Positions 45,514 through 55,675 are shown, counted from the stretch's first letter. The stretch: 64,000 bases of DNA from an uncultured Candidatus Micrarchaeota archaeon (GCA_903851445.1 CAINOH010000009.1:185075-249074), one strand, 5' to 3'. Notes: a model not told the origin generated them from the sequence alone. Numbers and translations: made by a program.

Positions 45514-45780
45514 ATGACGCAGTTTATTCCCAAGGGAGAAGAGCCCGCACGCAAAAAGCCAATATCGCCCATTGCAAGTAAATCCGCAGAAGAAGCCGTT
45601 CAGAGGGCATTTGAATTTTTCAGCGCGACCACACCTGCAGAGCACGCCAAGATAGCCCGCTATTTCGGCAAAAATCCGGACCATGCACACATATTCATGA
45701 AAGCTAAGAAGCTTCCGGACGGCATGCCCTTGGCGGAGAAGAAGTCCTTGTTGTGGCAGCAGCTTGGATACCGGCGATAG
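45514..45780 (+). CDS. Hypothetical protein
   Basis: GAGGTG SD, 88-aa ORF. Confidence 0.6.
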   Translation: MTQFIPKGEEPARKKPISPIASKSAEEAVQRAFEFFSATTPAEHAKIARYFGKNPDHAHIFMKAKKLPDGMPLAEKKSLLWQQLGYRR

Positions 45781-45844
45781 GAGCAGTTCTATCATTTCCT
45801 TTTTTTTCATATTCCTTTTTCTTCGTTTCCACCCTACTTGTTCA

Positions 45845-47695
45845 ATGGTCCCAAAAGCCAAGCTCCCACCAAGGCCATTCCAACAGTCGAGCCTCTTTCG
45901 GAGATTTTCCGGCATCTCGCGCTTTTCGGGCGAGGAACGGCACATACTTTCCGAACTTTCCAACGCCTGGGATGCGGCAGCTGCCACGGCCGCGCAAAAA
46001 AGGGCGGCAGAGCTGAAGCCAAAGGTACCTACCGTGCTGCAGGATTACCCGCGCTATACTGCTGACGCGTTCGCGTTCATCAATAAGTTCACCCACTCCG
46101 CCAACAGCCGCGACTATGGTGCTTCCCTGCTCGAGTACATGGCCGGAAAGTATCCCCAGGCGCACGCGCAGGTTTGCGACATCGCGCGAAATCGGCTTGG
46201 GTTTGGGCCGCGCCATGATGCAAAAAACCCACAGTCGCAGGACTCCAAGCCGCCGATAGCACAAGACGAGCAGTCGGACCAGCGTGTGGAATGGTATTCG
46301 CGTCCTGAGACGTTCCTTCCAGTTGTGTCGAGAGCCCCGCCAGTGCACGCGCATGCAAACGATGCTGCCGGCCAGACGGAAAAACCGTGGTATGCGGTCC
46401 CAGTGCCCGGTGTGACAATTAAAAAGAAGGAAAAGTCCGCGCCCGTTCCAAAAGAAAAGTCCGTTGTTCTTCCCCCGCCGGTCGGCTATTCAAGGTATTA
46501 CCCATCCAATCCCCTTGTTGACAACCTGCGATTCTATTTCGGAGTGATAAACCCAGCAGGCCTTCGTTTTAAGAGCATATCAAAATTCATACGCAGCGAC
46601 CCGGTGTCCTCGCGGGCAGTTCAGATTGTCAACGAAAACGGGCTGGACCTTGCAAACCCCGAGCACGTCCGACAACTGGAGAAAACCATCGGGCGCGAGT
46701 TCAGTCAAGATGCCCTTGGGCCTATGAAAAAGAAACCGCTTAATAAAATTAAAAGAAAGTTCATGACTATTGACGACCTAAAGACAGAACCCCCCAAGCC
46801 CACCAATTTCAATGTCGAATATACTCCGTTTTTTCACGTGCTTGTGCGAAACAAGGCGGGTTCAAAAGACGTTGGTGTTCCTGTCAAGGCCACCGGTCAA
46901 AAAGGCGGGTGGGGCCGTGTTGCCGGCACAAAGTTTGCCCCGAAGCTTTCAAAGGACCCTCGCGAGAACGTGCGCAAACTCCTCGATGGCACCCTTCCGT
47001 TCGGTTCAAAGGGTGAATTCCGGCGGCTGATAAAATCAGACCCGGAGCATATTATCGCCTGGCACGAGCTTACGGGTACGAAGCCAGTATTGCCTTCCGC
47101 GGCAAAAGACGTTCCCCCCAGAGCCAAAAGGCAAAAAGACGCAAACCCAAACCAAGCAGATACCATCGAGCCGTTAAGTCCGGCTGCCGGCATCGACCGC
47201 GTGGTAGGTGATTTGGTGCGCTACCGCAACAAGGAGCCAAGCCCCACAGAAATCAACGAGGTTAACCGCTTACTTGCCGACTTGGTTCAGGGAGTCGAAG
47301 AACCCGCTTACAAGTTCGGACGACCTGCCTTACCATTGAAAGAACAGGTCTTTTGCGCCATCCAAAAAGTCTATTCTCAACGATCCAGCCGCGGCGCCGT
47401 CTCCCTATTCAATAATGCCGTCCAGAACGGCCTAATAACGCATCGGCCGTACTTTAACGCGGTTTCAAAATTCTTGAACCGCGAGGACGTAACGCCCATC
47501 TTGCAACACTTGGTAGCGGTCTCGGCACCTCCGCTTAAGGCGGTGGAAACGGGGTTTGCGATGGGTTCAACGGACTTTAGGGTCCCTCGCCTTACCCCGA
47601 GGCTTAAGTCCAAGAACCGCACCGCCCAAATAAACGAGTTACTCTGCAAGGTCATAGCACACAATCTGACCGTAGTACAAGAAAACAAAAGTTAG
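45845..47695 (+). CDS. Orphan protein with a C-terminal transposase-derived segment
   Basis: Pro/Lys-rich unknown region followed by EEPAYKFGRP...QKVYSQ...FAMGSTDFR...LKSKNRTAQINELLCKVIAHNL. Confidence 0.6.
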   Translation: MVPKAKLPPRPFQQSSLFRRFSGISRFSGEERHILSELSNAWDAAAATAAQKRAAELKPKVPTVLQDYPRYTADAFAFINKFTHSANSRDYGASLLEYMAGKYPQAHAQVCDIARNRLGFGPRHDAKNPQSQDSKPPIAQDEQSDQRVEWYSRPETFLPVVSRAPPVHAHANDAAGQTEKPWYAVPVPGVTIKKKEKSAPVPKEKSVVLPPPVGYSRYYPSNPLVDNLRFYFGVINPAGLRFKSISKFIRSDPVSSRAVQIVNENGLDLANPEHVRQLEKTIGREFSQDALGPMKKKPLNKIKRKFMTIDDLKTEPPKPTNFNVEYTPFFHVLVRNKAGSKDVGVPVKATGQKGGWGRVAGTKFAPKLSKDPRENVRKLLDGTLPFGSKGEFRRLIKSDPEHIIAWHELTGTKPVLPSAAKDVPPRAKRQKDANPNQADTIEPLSPAAGIDRVVGDLVRYRNKEPSPTEINEVNRLLADLVQGVEEPAYKFGRPALPLKEQVFCAIQKVYSQRSSRGAVSLFNNAVQNGLITHRPYFNAVSKFLNREDVTPILQHLVAVSAPPLKAVETGFAMGSTDFRVPRLTPRLKSKNRTAQINELLCKVIAHNLTVVQENKS

Positions 47696-47712
47696 GAGTT
47701 AGCCCGAATTTA
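47260..47712 (+). mobile_element. DDE transposase remnant (IS5-like/ISNCY type) lacking the catalytic core
   Basis: N-terminal GRP helical domain joined almost directly to the C-terminal K..AHN helix; the first catalytic Asp position reads G; a frameshifted KLGVSPN tail follows the stop. Confidence 0.6.
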
Positions 47713-47894
47713 CCAAGGCAGGAACTTTTCAACAAAAGCTCCAACGTCGCGCGCCTTATGGGGCTTCTCAAGGAAGTGCCGGAGCCGAACCCGCGTTTTA
47801 GCCTGTTCCGCAGGCGCCGCTAAGAGTCAAAAAACATAAAATTAGGATTGGAGGGAAAAAACAATCCCTCAAGCCGTAATGGTACGTGTAGTAT

Positions 47895-48194
47895 TTATCC
47901 GAACAGGCTCGCAAGTCCCGCTGCAGCCTCTTCCTCCTTCTTCTCCTCGGAGACTTCAGCCTTCTTCTCTTCCTTCTTGGCCTCTCCTGCGGGTGTGGCT
48001 GGTGCTGCGGCGAAAGCTGCCTGCTTGATTGCGTCCTCGATGTTCACGCCCTCGAGCGCTGCAACGAGTGCCTTGATTTTTGTCGGCTCCTCGTTGACTC
48101 CAGCTGCGGCGAGGACCTTCTTTACGTTGTCCTCGCTTATGGGCTGGCCTGCGGCGTGCAGGAGCAATGCGGCATATGCGTCTTTCATTTGCAT
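47895..48194 (-). CDS. rpl12: 50S ribosomal stalk protein P1/L12
   Basis: YAALLLH...[12 protein letters not shown]...[13 protein letters not shown]. Confidence 0.97.
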   Translation of the reverse strand: MQMKDAYAALLLHAAGQPISEDNVKKVLAAAGVNEEPTKIKALVAALEGVNIEDAIKQAAFAAAPATPAGEAKKEEKKAEVSEEKKEEEAAAGLASLFG

Positions 48195-48223
48195 CTCCTC
48201 AATTTATCGTAAAACCTATTTCG

Positions 48224-49057
48224 TCATCCTTGCGCAGGGGCGGCTGGCTCGGAAGGCGCTGCCGGTGCAGCGGCCTCCTTTGGCGCCTTGTCCTCAACTA
48301 CCTTGTTGATTGCAAGCGCCTTTGCCTGCGCTGATGCGAGTATGACTGGTGTTGAATCCTTGTTGTAAATCTCCGCGAACACGCACAGGTTCATCGCGGC
48401 CTGGTGTGCTGATGCGAGCTGTGCGATGTACTGCGAGTCGTCGACGTCAAGCACGTTGGCAGGGTAAGTCATGTTGTCGGTGAACGCCGACTTCATGGTC
48501 ATCCCGATTTCGAACGGCTCGATGCCGAGCTTTGTGAGTATCTTTGCAACCGCGTCCGCAATCGGCTCGCCCTTCCTGGCAACAGTCGCGTCGCTTACAA
48601 TCACGATTTTTGTTCCCTGTATCTTGGCGTTGATTTTCGCCTGCTTGAGCTCGGTTAGCACCGGGCCAGGTGCAAGGTTGGTCTCCCCGCCAGGGACTAC
48701 GATGTCCGCGTTTGCAATCATCCCGGTCTTTGCCGGTGCCTTGGCCTTGCTTTGGCGCAGCATCTTTGCAAGCTTGAACGGGTCCTCGTTTGAAAGGAGG
48801 AACGCGACTGAGCCGCTCTCGTCAATCGTCTTTGAGAGCGCGTCGAAGCCAGGCTTGTTTGCCTTCTCAAGCGCCTTGCGCAGGAGCGTCGTGCGCGTAA
48901 TCACGAGCTCGGCCTTCCCGCGGAGCTTCTTCTTGATTGCGTTGTAGTGCTTTGACGGCAGGTTCTGCAGGCTGACCACTGCCACGACCTTGTAAGCGGC
49001 AATCTTCTTGGTAAGGTCGGCTACTGCCTTTTCCTTCTGCTTTCGGTTTAGTACCAT
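48224..49057 (-). CDS. rpl10: 50S ribosomal protein uL10 (P0)
   Basis: APAKTG, ETNLAPGPVL, LTKLGIEPFEIG; between rpl1 and rpl12. Confidence 0.95.
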   Translation of the reverse strand: MVLNRKQKEKAVADLTKKIAAYKVVAVVSLQNLPSKHYNAIKKKLRGKAELVITRTTLLRKALEKANKPGFDALSKTIDESGSVAFLLSNEDPFKLAKMLRQSKAKAPAKTGMIANADIVVPGGETNLAPGPVLTELKQAKINAKIQGTKIVIVSDATVARKGEPIADAVAKILTKLGIEPFEIGMTMKSAFTDNMTYPANVLDVDDSQYIAQLASAHQAAMNLCVFAEIYNKDSTPVILASAQAKALAINKVVEDKAPKEAAAPAAPSEPAAPAQG

Positions 49058-49066
49058 GAGAATCAA

Positions 49067-49720
49067 CTATGCCGCCACGGCAACGGGCTTTCCCATTGTC
49101 GTCTTGATGTAAATGGACTTGATTTTGCCTTCGGTTGCCTTGTGCTTTATCGCGTCAATCACTGCAACCGCGTTCTCTGCAACCTGCTTGTCTGTCATCT
49201 CCTCGTTGCCCACGATGCAGTGGACTACCGGGAGGTACTTGCCCTTTGTTCTGAGCGTGACCGAGCGCTTTGCCTTCTCCACCACGTCAGGCAGGTTGGA
49301 GTTGGGCATGATTGGCTTTGGCAGCTTGCCCTTGGAGCCAAGGACCTGACCGAGCGCCTTACCAACAGCGGCCATGAGCTGCGTCTGGGACAAGAGCGAA
49401 TAGTTGAGGAGCTCCTTCTGCTTCTTCTTGTCCGAAGCGTAGGATGCGATCTGCTCGCTGCCGATGACCAGGGGCACGAGCTTCTTCATGTCTACAGCCA
49501 GCTGGCCGTCAGCGAACACCGCCACCTCTACCGGACGCGGTGCGTAAGGGAGCGTGACTTCGAGCGTGATGCGGTTCTCCGGCTTGTTGAAGTCGATGTC
49601 GCGGAAGTTGATGGCGATGTCCACGCTCTGCTTGAACTTGCGCTTGCCCTTGTTCTCAGTAAGCACCGCAGTGACTGCCTTTGAGACCTTGTCGTTTTCG
49701 TAGACCAATTGTTCTGGCAC
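49067..49720 (-). CDS. rpl1: 50S ribosomal protein uL1
   Basis: KRKFKQSVDIAINFRDID, GQVLGSKGKLP, IKTTMGKP. Confidence 0.96.
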   Translation of the reverse strand: MPEQLVYENDKVSKAVTAVLTENKGKRKFKQSVDIAINFRDIDFNKPENRITLEVTLPYAPRPVEVAVFADGQLAVDMKKLVPLVIGSEQIASYASDKKKQKELLNYSLLSQTQLMAAVGKALGQVLGSKGKLPKPIMPNSNLPDVVEKAKRSVTLRTKGKYLPVVHCIVGNEEMTDKQVAENAVAVIDAIKHKATEGKIKSIYIKTTMGKPVAVAA

Positions 49721-49945
49721 CAGTTGAATCGTGAACCTTGCAGACGAACCTGTCGGATGCCACCGGCTTAAGCCGATGGGTCAAAAGAACCAGACGCTCC
49801 TAAGAGCCTTGATTCCCTCCTGCCCAGGGCAGTCCAAACGGGCGCATTTCTGCGGAACTATACAGTGAAGGTAATTGTTTATAAAAGTGATGAATTGGGT
49901 CGGGTCCTGAGCCAGACCTATAAACTAACTCGCCCAAGTTTTTGT

Positions 49946-51085
49946 ATGTTCGACCGCGACTTTGTAGGCAGGGTAAAATTCGTCTTTTCAGACCCGCAAT
50001 ACAGCAACGCCGACAGGGCTGTTTTTGTCGCGTATTACGTTTTCGTCATAGCCGGCATATTGGGCATCTTTTGGTATCTTTTTTCGACCCTGAACTTGGC
50101 AATAACCGCCTTTGTGCTTATCGCCTTCGCCGTAGTGCTTGCAAAAATCACTCAGTGGTGTTTCCAAAAATTCACCGTTGCGTACTTGAAGAATGCCGGA
50201 AGGGGTGACGAGGTCGAACTCCGCACCGAAATGATGGATTACGCGGTCAAGGCCACGGATGCATTTGCAGGCAACCCCAAAGGAGTGAAGGCTTCCGACT
50301 TGCCAAAGGCGTCCCCCCTGTTGCAGAAGGAGTTTGACAAGCAGCAAGTGCCCGCAATATGGATTCAGGCATCCGTTGCAATCCTCCTAATCCTTTTTTT
50401 TGTTTTTTTGTCATTCGCATACAAGAACATCACCGGATACGACTACGTGTTCTTTGGCAACGGGCTTTCAGCCTACAACCGCCTGCCGTCCGACAAGTAT
50501 GTGATTGTACGATATAGCTTTGTGAATTATCCTCTGCCCGAAGGCTTGCAAGGTTCCCTTGACGGCAAGGATTTTGCGCTTTACCTTTCCAACAACACCC
50601 TTCTTATCAAACCAGGTAGTTCCGTTTTCATTCCCGTATCGGGGCCGCCTTACACTGCAATGTACTCGTATGTAACTAAGAAAGGGTTATCGGTGGACTT
50701 CAGCAAGACTGCCTCTTTTGATATCTATGAAGGGTTTCCCGATTCATCCCGTCATGAATTTTTATCTAGTCTTTCGGGGAGTTTTGAATCAGACAACACC
50801 CATTCGTCTGGGTCTTTCGTCAGCGCGGACGTGATGGCCTTGGGCATTGAGGAGAACGGGACGATTTATTTCGTGCGCGAGTTCATCGACTCAAAGAAGC
50901 TCCAAGTGGACCGCGTTCTGCACAATAGCGATTATTCATATGAAAACGAAAATGATGGAAAAGCATACCAGAAGCTCTATTTATCGGTTGGCCAGAAGAT
51001 GTATGCAAACTGCACTGCGTTGAACACGATGGTTCTCATTGAGCACCTCGGCATCTTCTCAAAAAGCGGGATTGTCTTAGGTTAG
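49946..51085 (+). CDS. Hypothetical membrane protein (3 TM plus extracellular domain)
   Basis: Two N-terminal TMs, a third TM at IWIQASVAILLILFFVFL, then a Ser/Tyr-rich domain; AT-richer. Confidence 0.65.
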   Translation: MFDRDFVGRVKFVFSDPQYSNADRAVFVAYYVFVIAGILGIFWYLFSTLNLAITAFVLIAFAVVLAKITQWCFQKFTVAYLKNAGRGDEVELRTEMMDYAVKATDAFAGNPKGVKASDLPKASPLLQKEFDKQQVPAIWIQASVAILLILFFVFLSFAYKNITGYDYVFFGNGLSAYNRLPSDKYVIVRYSFVNYPLPEGLQGSLDGKDFALYLSNNTLLIKPGSSVFIPVSGPPYTAMYSYVTKKGLSVDFSKTASFDIYEGFPDSSRHEFLSSLSGSFESDNTHSSGSFVSADVMALGIEENGTIYFVREFIDSKKLQVDRVLHNSDYSYENENDGKAYQKLYLSVGQKMYANCTALNTMVLIEHLGIFSKSGIVLG

Positions 51086-51134
51086 TAGTGCTTCGCATCC
51101 TCGCGCATAAAAACCTGCAAGCAGAGATTTACCT

Positions 51135-53147
51135 GTGGCCTTTGAAAATTTACCCATCCAGCAGACCTCGTCGCCCTTGCAGGTCCCCGGCATCAATCCC
51201 GAGCCAATCAAGGCGCACTACGAGCCGGGCGAAGTCACTGCGCTTTTTGAGGAACAAGTTGCAAAGGCCAAGAATGCGCTCGATTCGATAGTCAGTCTTC
51301 CAAAGGAAAAGCAGGCAGGTGCGCTGCTTGCATTCGAGACTGCCTTGTCGGAACTAAGCGACGCGGTCAACCCGCTCTATTTTACCTCCTATGTCTACCC
51401 GGATGCGGGCGTGGCAGCCGAGGGCACCGCTTGCGAGGAAAAACACGGCCGTTTCCTGGTTGATGTCTTCACGCGCAAGGACATCTACGACATAATCCGG
51501 CAAAACCCTCCGGCTGCAGCTGATGAACGCAGGCTCTACGACAAGACTGTCGAGGCGTTTGAAAAGAACGGCCTGGACCTGCCGCCAGAAAAGCTCAACA
51601 AAGTCCGTGAACTGAAAAAGAAGCTGGCTGGCCTCGAGTCGAAATTCGGCGCAAACCTCAACTTGGACAGCACGACGATTGCATTCAGTGCAGCGGAGCT
51701 TGAAGGCGCGCCGCAGGATTTCCTTGGCCGGCTGAAAAAGTCAGATGACGGGAAGTTTGTCCTTACCATGAAGTATCCCGACTACGAGCCGGTGATGCTT
51801 AATGTAAAAAGCGGGGACACGAGAAGGCGCATGCGGCTTGCGTTCCTCAACCGCGGCGCACCTGCTGAAAACACCAAGCTGTTAGAAGAGGCCATAGCAA
51901 CCAGGCAAGAGATTGCGCAACTAAGCGGCTTTGGCTCGTGGGCGGACTACCGCACAAGCACCAGGCTTGCAAAGGATGCCGCGCACGTTGCCGCGTTCAT
52001 AGCAAATCTCAAACCGGCAATCATAAAGAAAAGCCGCGAGAACATTTCCGCGCTTTTGGAATTCAAGCGCTCGCTGGAGCCAAACGCATCAGCAGTTGAG
52101 GTGTGGGATGTTGCATACCTTGAAAACCAGTTGAAAAAACAGAAATATGCCCTTGACGACGAGCTGGTCCGAGAGTATTTCCCGCTCGAATCGGTAATCT
52201 CCGGGTTGTTCTCCATCTTCTCAACAGTATTTGGAGTGCGCTTTGAGCAGGTCGCAAATGCCAGGACCTGGCACCCAGATGCACAGCTTTACCGTATAGC
52301 CGAACCAGCTTCCGGCAAATCACTTGCGTACGTCTATTTCGACCTTTTCCCGCGAAAGGGAAAGTTTGGCCACGAGGCGATGGTGACCCTAGTTTGCGGC
52401 CGCAAGGCGGAAAGCGGATACGTAGCGCCCGTAGTCGCCATTGTCGCAAACAAAAACCCGGCTGCCGGAGGAAAGCCGCCGCTCCTTTCGCACGGCGAGG
52501 TAGTGGCGCTTTTCCACGAGTTCGGCCACGCGCTCAACACGACCCTCACAAGCGTCCCGTATGCAAGCCTTTCCGGCAGCAACGTCGCCTGGGATTTTGT
52601 GGAGACGCCGTCGCAGACTTTGGAAAACTGGCCTTACGCCGCGCAGGTCATCGACATCCTGTCCTGCCACTACAAGGACAATTCGAAGATGCCGCAGGGC
52701 CTGCGCGACAAGATTGTCGCGTTGCGCGACCTTAACCTCGGATATTCCTATTCCGTCCTTCTTGCCTTCTCGCAAACGGATCTAGAACTGCACACGGCAA
52801 AAGGGGCGGTTGACATGGTTACCGTCGCGGATTCGGCATTCCTTGACTTTACCGGGATGAAAAAGCAGGAAGGCACCAATTTCCTTGCAACGTTCGGCCA
52901 CATAATGGGCGGGTACGACGCTGGCTACTACTGCTACGCCTGGTCGCAGGTGTTCGCGTACGACTGCTTTGCGCAGTTCGAGAAGGAGGGCCTGCTCAAC
53001 GCTGCAACAGGCGCGCGCTACAGGAAATGGGTGCTAGAGCAGGGCGACATGCAGGACGGCGACAGGCTCCTAGAGGGCTTCCTCGGCAGGCCGGCAAGTC
53101 CGGAAGCGCTTTACAAGAGGCTGGGAATAACCGTTGGTTCGGGCTGA
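51135..53147 (+). CDS. M3 family metallopeptidase (thimet oligopeptidase-like)
   Basis: YFDLFPRKGKFGH, FHEFGH, DFVETPSQTLENW, FGHIMGGYDAGYYCYAWS. Confidence 0.95.
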   Translation: MAFENLPIQQTSSPLQVPGINPEPIKAHYEPGEVTALFEEQVAKAKNALDSIVSLPKEKQAGALLAFETALSELSDAVNPLYFTSYVYPDAGVAAEGTACEEKHGRFLVDVFTRKDIYDIIRQNPPAAADERRLYDKTVEAFEKNGLDLPPEKLNKVRELKKKLAGLESKFGANLNLDSTTIAFSAAELEGAPQDFLGRLKKSDDGKFVLTMKYPDYEPVMLNVKSGDTRRRMRLAFLNRGAPAENTKLLEEAIATRQEIAQLSGFGSWADYRTSTRLAKDAAHVAAFIANLKPAIIKKSRENISALLEFKRSLEPNASAVEVWDVAYLENQLKKQKYALDDELVREYFPLESVISGLFSIFSTVFGVRFEQVANARTWHPDAQLYRIAEPASGKSLAYVYFDLFPRKGKFGHEAMVTLVCGRKAESGYVAPVVAIVANKNPAAGGKPPLLSHGEVVALFHEFGHALNTTLTSVPYASLSGSNVAWDFVETPSQTLENWPYAAQVIDILSCHYKDNSKMPQGLRDKIVALRDLNLGYSYSVLLAFSQTDLELHTAKGAVDMVTVADSAFLDFTGMKKQEGTNFLATFGHIMGGYDAGYYCYAWSQVFAYDCFAQFEKEGLLNAATGARYRKWVLEQGDMQDGDRLLEGFLGRPASPEALYKRLGITVGSG

Positions 53148-53175
53148 GCTGGCAGTATTTGCATAGTTCTTTCCT

Positions 53176-54237
53176 TCACAAATACGGCTTCAGGCTCTCC
53201 TTCGAGAGTTTAACCTTCGGCTCCCACCCGAAGGCTTCCCTCGCCCTCCTGCAGTCGAACTCGCGGTTGTCAGCCAAAGTCAGGATGTTCTCAACAGTCA
53301 TCGAAGTCTTTCTTCCAATCAGCTTGAACGCGGCGTTGCGCAGCTGGAGCGCGCGGATTGCAAGTTCCTTGGACGTGTGCTTGGTTGGTGCGGGCACTCC
53401 GAGCGCATGGCAGACTATGCCGTAGACTTCCTTCTGCGTCTGGGCCTTTGCAGAGAAGCAGAACGTGCCCTCCTGCACCAGCGGGTTGCGGATTACTGAT
53501 TCTATTGCCGAGATTGCGTCGGAGACGTTGATGAACGAAATCCTGTTCTCGCCCGAGCCGATGATTTGGAGCGTTCCGGACTTGGCCATCGAAAGGACTT
53601 TCGAAAAGCCCTCGGTGAACCCCTCGCCGTAGATTATCGAGAAGCGGCAAATCACGTATGCCGCGCCGGAGTTGCGCACTGCGTCCTCGGCCAGCGCCTT
53701 GCTCTTTCCGTAATTGTTAATCGGGTTCGCTGCGGCATCCTCGTTTATCGGGGTTGCGGACTCCTTTCGCGTCACGCTGGTTGAGGAGATGAAAATAAGC
53801 CTCGCGCCGGCCTTCCTGCACGCGTCAGCCGCGACCTTGGTCGGCGCGGTGTTCGCCTTTGTCATCTCGTCAAGCGATGCGGAATAGTCTATCTTCGCGG
53901 CCAGGTGCACAAAATCAGAGGCGCCGGCGATTTTCCTTGCAAGCTCGCCGGAGTCGGAAAGCGAGTCCCTGGCAATTACCAGTGCTGGGTGTGCCTTGCA
54001 GAAGTGTTCGCTTACCTTGTTGCAGGCGTGCTTGCGGAGCTCCCACTCAGCCTCGTCGTTTCGCACAATCGCAATGACAGAGTAGCCTTTTTGCAGCAGC
54101 GACGACACCAAGAGTCTGCCCAGGCGTCCGGCGGCTCCGCTGACCGCAATCTTGCGCGCGGCGTCCCGAGCCCCGTTGCCTGCACCGGGCTTTGCTTTGC
54201 CGCGGCCGGCATTTTCCTGTGTGCGTTTGTGGGCCAT
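53176..54237 (-). CDS. NAD-dependent epimerase/dehydratase (extended SDR), paralog A
   Basis: VSGAAGRLG, VHLAA, ISSTSV, YGKSK. Confidence 0.9.
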   Translation of the reverse strand: MAHKRTQENAGRGKAKPGAGNGARDAARKIAVSGAAGRLGRLLVSSLLQKGYSVIAIVRNDEAEWELRKHACNKVSEHFCKAHPALVIARDSLSDSGELARKIAGASDFVHLAAKIDYSASLDEMTKANTAPTKVAADACRKAGARLIFISSTSVTRKESATPINEDAAANPINNYGKSKALAEDAVRNSGAAYVICRFSIIYGEGFTEGFSKVLSMAKSGTLQIIGSGENRISFINVSDAISAIESVIRNPLVQEGTFCFSAKAQTQKEVYGIVCHALGVPAPTKHTSKELAIRALQLRNAAFKLIGRKTSMTVENILTLADNREFDCRRAREAFGWEPKVKLSKESLKPYL

Positions 54238-54239
54238 CC

Positions 54240-55427
54240 TTACCAATTGTAGTTCTTCTTGATGTGGTTAAAAACCGGGTTGGATTCAAGCGGCGGCCGC
54301 TCGTCCGAGCAGTATACCGCGAGGCTGTGCACGTCCAGCTTTACGCTTGGCTGGAAGCCGAACGCGTTTTTTGCGCGCGTGCAGTCGAACACCCGGTTGT
54401 CGGCGAGCGTGAGCATGTTCTCCACGCTCAGCTCGGGGGACTCGCCGAGCACGTCAAGGGCGAACGTTTTTGCCCGCAATGACAGCAGTGCGAAATCCTT
54501 TTGCACGTGCCTTGTCGGCGCCGGCGCTCCAACCGCTTCCGCAAGCACGCCGTAAAGCTCGGTTTGCGTGATGTTGCCGCCTGAAAAGATGAACGTGCCT
54601 TCGCGCACTTCGGCGTGGCACAGGACAGCCTTCAGCGCGGCCACTGCGTCGTTTATGTGTATGAACGTAATCCGGTTGCTGCCGTCGCCGATTACGAAGA
54701 GGCGCCCCTGCCGCAGCAGCTGGACCACCTTGGTGAAGCCGTCCGAGAACCCTTCGCCGTAAATCACCGGGAAACGCACTATTACGTGCGCAATCCCGGC
54801 CTTGAGCACCGCCTCCTCCGCAAGCAGCTTGCCTTTTCCGTAGTTGTTCGAAGGCGACGGCCTTGCGTCCTCGTTGATGGGGTCCTTGGATTCCTTGCGG
54901 GTGACGCTTGTGGATGAAACGTAAACCATCCTCGCGCCCGTCATTCTGCACGCCTCGGCAACCACCCTGACGGGGCGCACCGTCGCCTTTACCATCTTTG
55001 AAAGGGGCGCGGTGTATGCGACCGTCGCGCCTAGGTGCACCACGTCCGAGGCGTCCTTGATGAGCGCGGCAACGGATTCGGGGTCAACTAGCGGGTCCTT
55101 CTCAATCACGAGCTCGTGGTGGGGCCTGCAGTATTTTTCGTGCACCGAGTTGCAGGCGATTTTCTGCAGCTCCCACGCGCCTTCGTCGTCGCGGACTATC
55201 GCAATCACTTTCCTGCCGCTTTCCAGAAGCGCCTTGACGAGCTTCCTGCCTATGCGGCCGGCCGCGCCTGTGACTGCCACTGGCCTCGTTTTCCCTGCCT
55301 TTGGCGCTTCCCGTGCAGCCGGGTTTTTCCGGTAGGCCAGCGAGCTTTTGGGCGCGCGTGAGGTTGCAACTGGCGCTTTTTTTGCAGCTTTCGGCCTTGC
55401 CTTTGCTTTAGCGTTTTTCCCAGGCAT
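54240..55427 (-). CDS. NAD-dependent epimerase/dehydratase (extended SDR), paralog B
   Basis: VTGAAGRIG, VHLGA, VSSTSV, YGKGK. Confidence 0.9.
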   Translation of the reverse strand: MPGKNAKAKARPKAAKKAPVATSRAPKSSLAYRKNPAAREAPKAGKTRPVAVTGAAGRIGRKLVKALLESGRKVIAIVRDDEGAWELQKIACNSVHEKYCRPHHELVIEKDPLVDPESVAALIKDASDVVHLGATVAYTAPLSKMVKATVRPVRVVAEACRMTGARMVYVSSTSVTRKESKDPINEDARPSPSNNYGKGKLLAEEAVLKAGIAHVIVRFPVIYGEGFSDGFTKVVQLLRQGRLFVIGDGSNRITFIHINDAVAALKAVLCHAEVREGTFIFSGGNITQTELYGVLAEAVGAPAPTRHVQKDFALLSLRAKTFALDVLGESPELSVENMLTLADNRVFDCTRAKNAFGFQPSVKLDVHSLAVYCSDERPPLESNPVFNHIKKNYNW

Positions 55428-55675
55428 CTTCCCTTACCAAGTAATGCTTTCGCCTGCAGGGTAAAAAAATGCTTTCAAGGCATAACTCCGGCCTGACAGC
55501 CGGGTTTGTAGGGCTGCAAGCTGGAAAAAGAGGGGAATGGTTAAAAACTAAAAAGCAGCCGCGAAAAGGGGTGTGGCCGGGATGGAAAAAAATTCCAAAA
55601 AAGGGAAAAGAAAAAAGAATCGAAGGCGTTGCGGCTGGAAGGCCTTTCAGGCCACCACTCCGCACGTGCCGAAAC

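Noticed and set aside
55474-55487. Partial match (GGCATAACT) to the predicted TnpB guide
   Set aside because: Only 9 nt and no matching TAM; compatible with chance.
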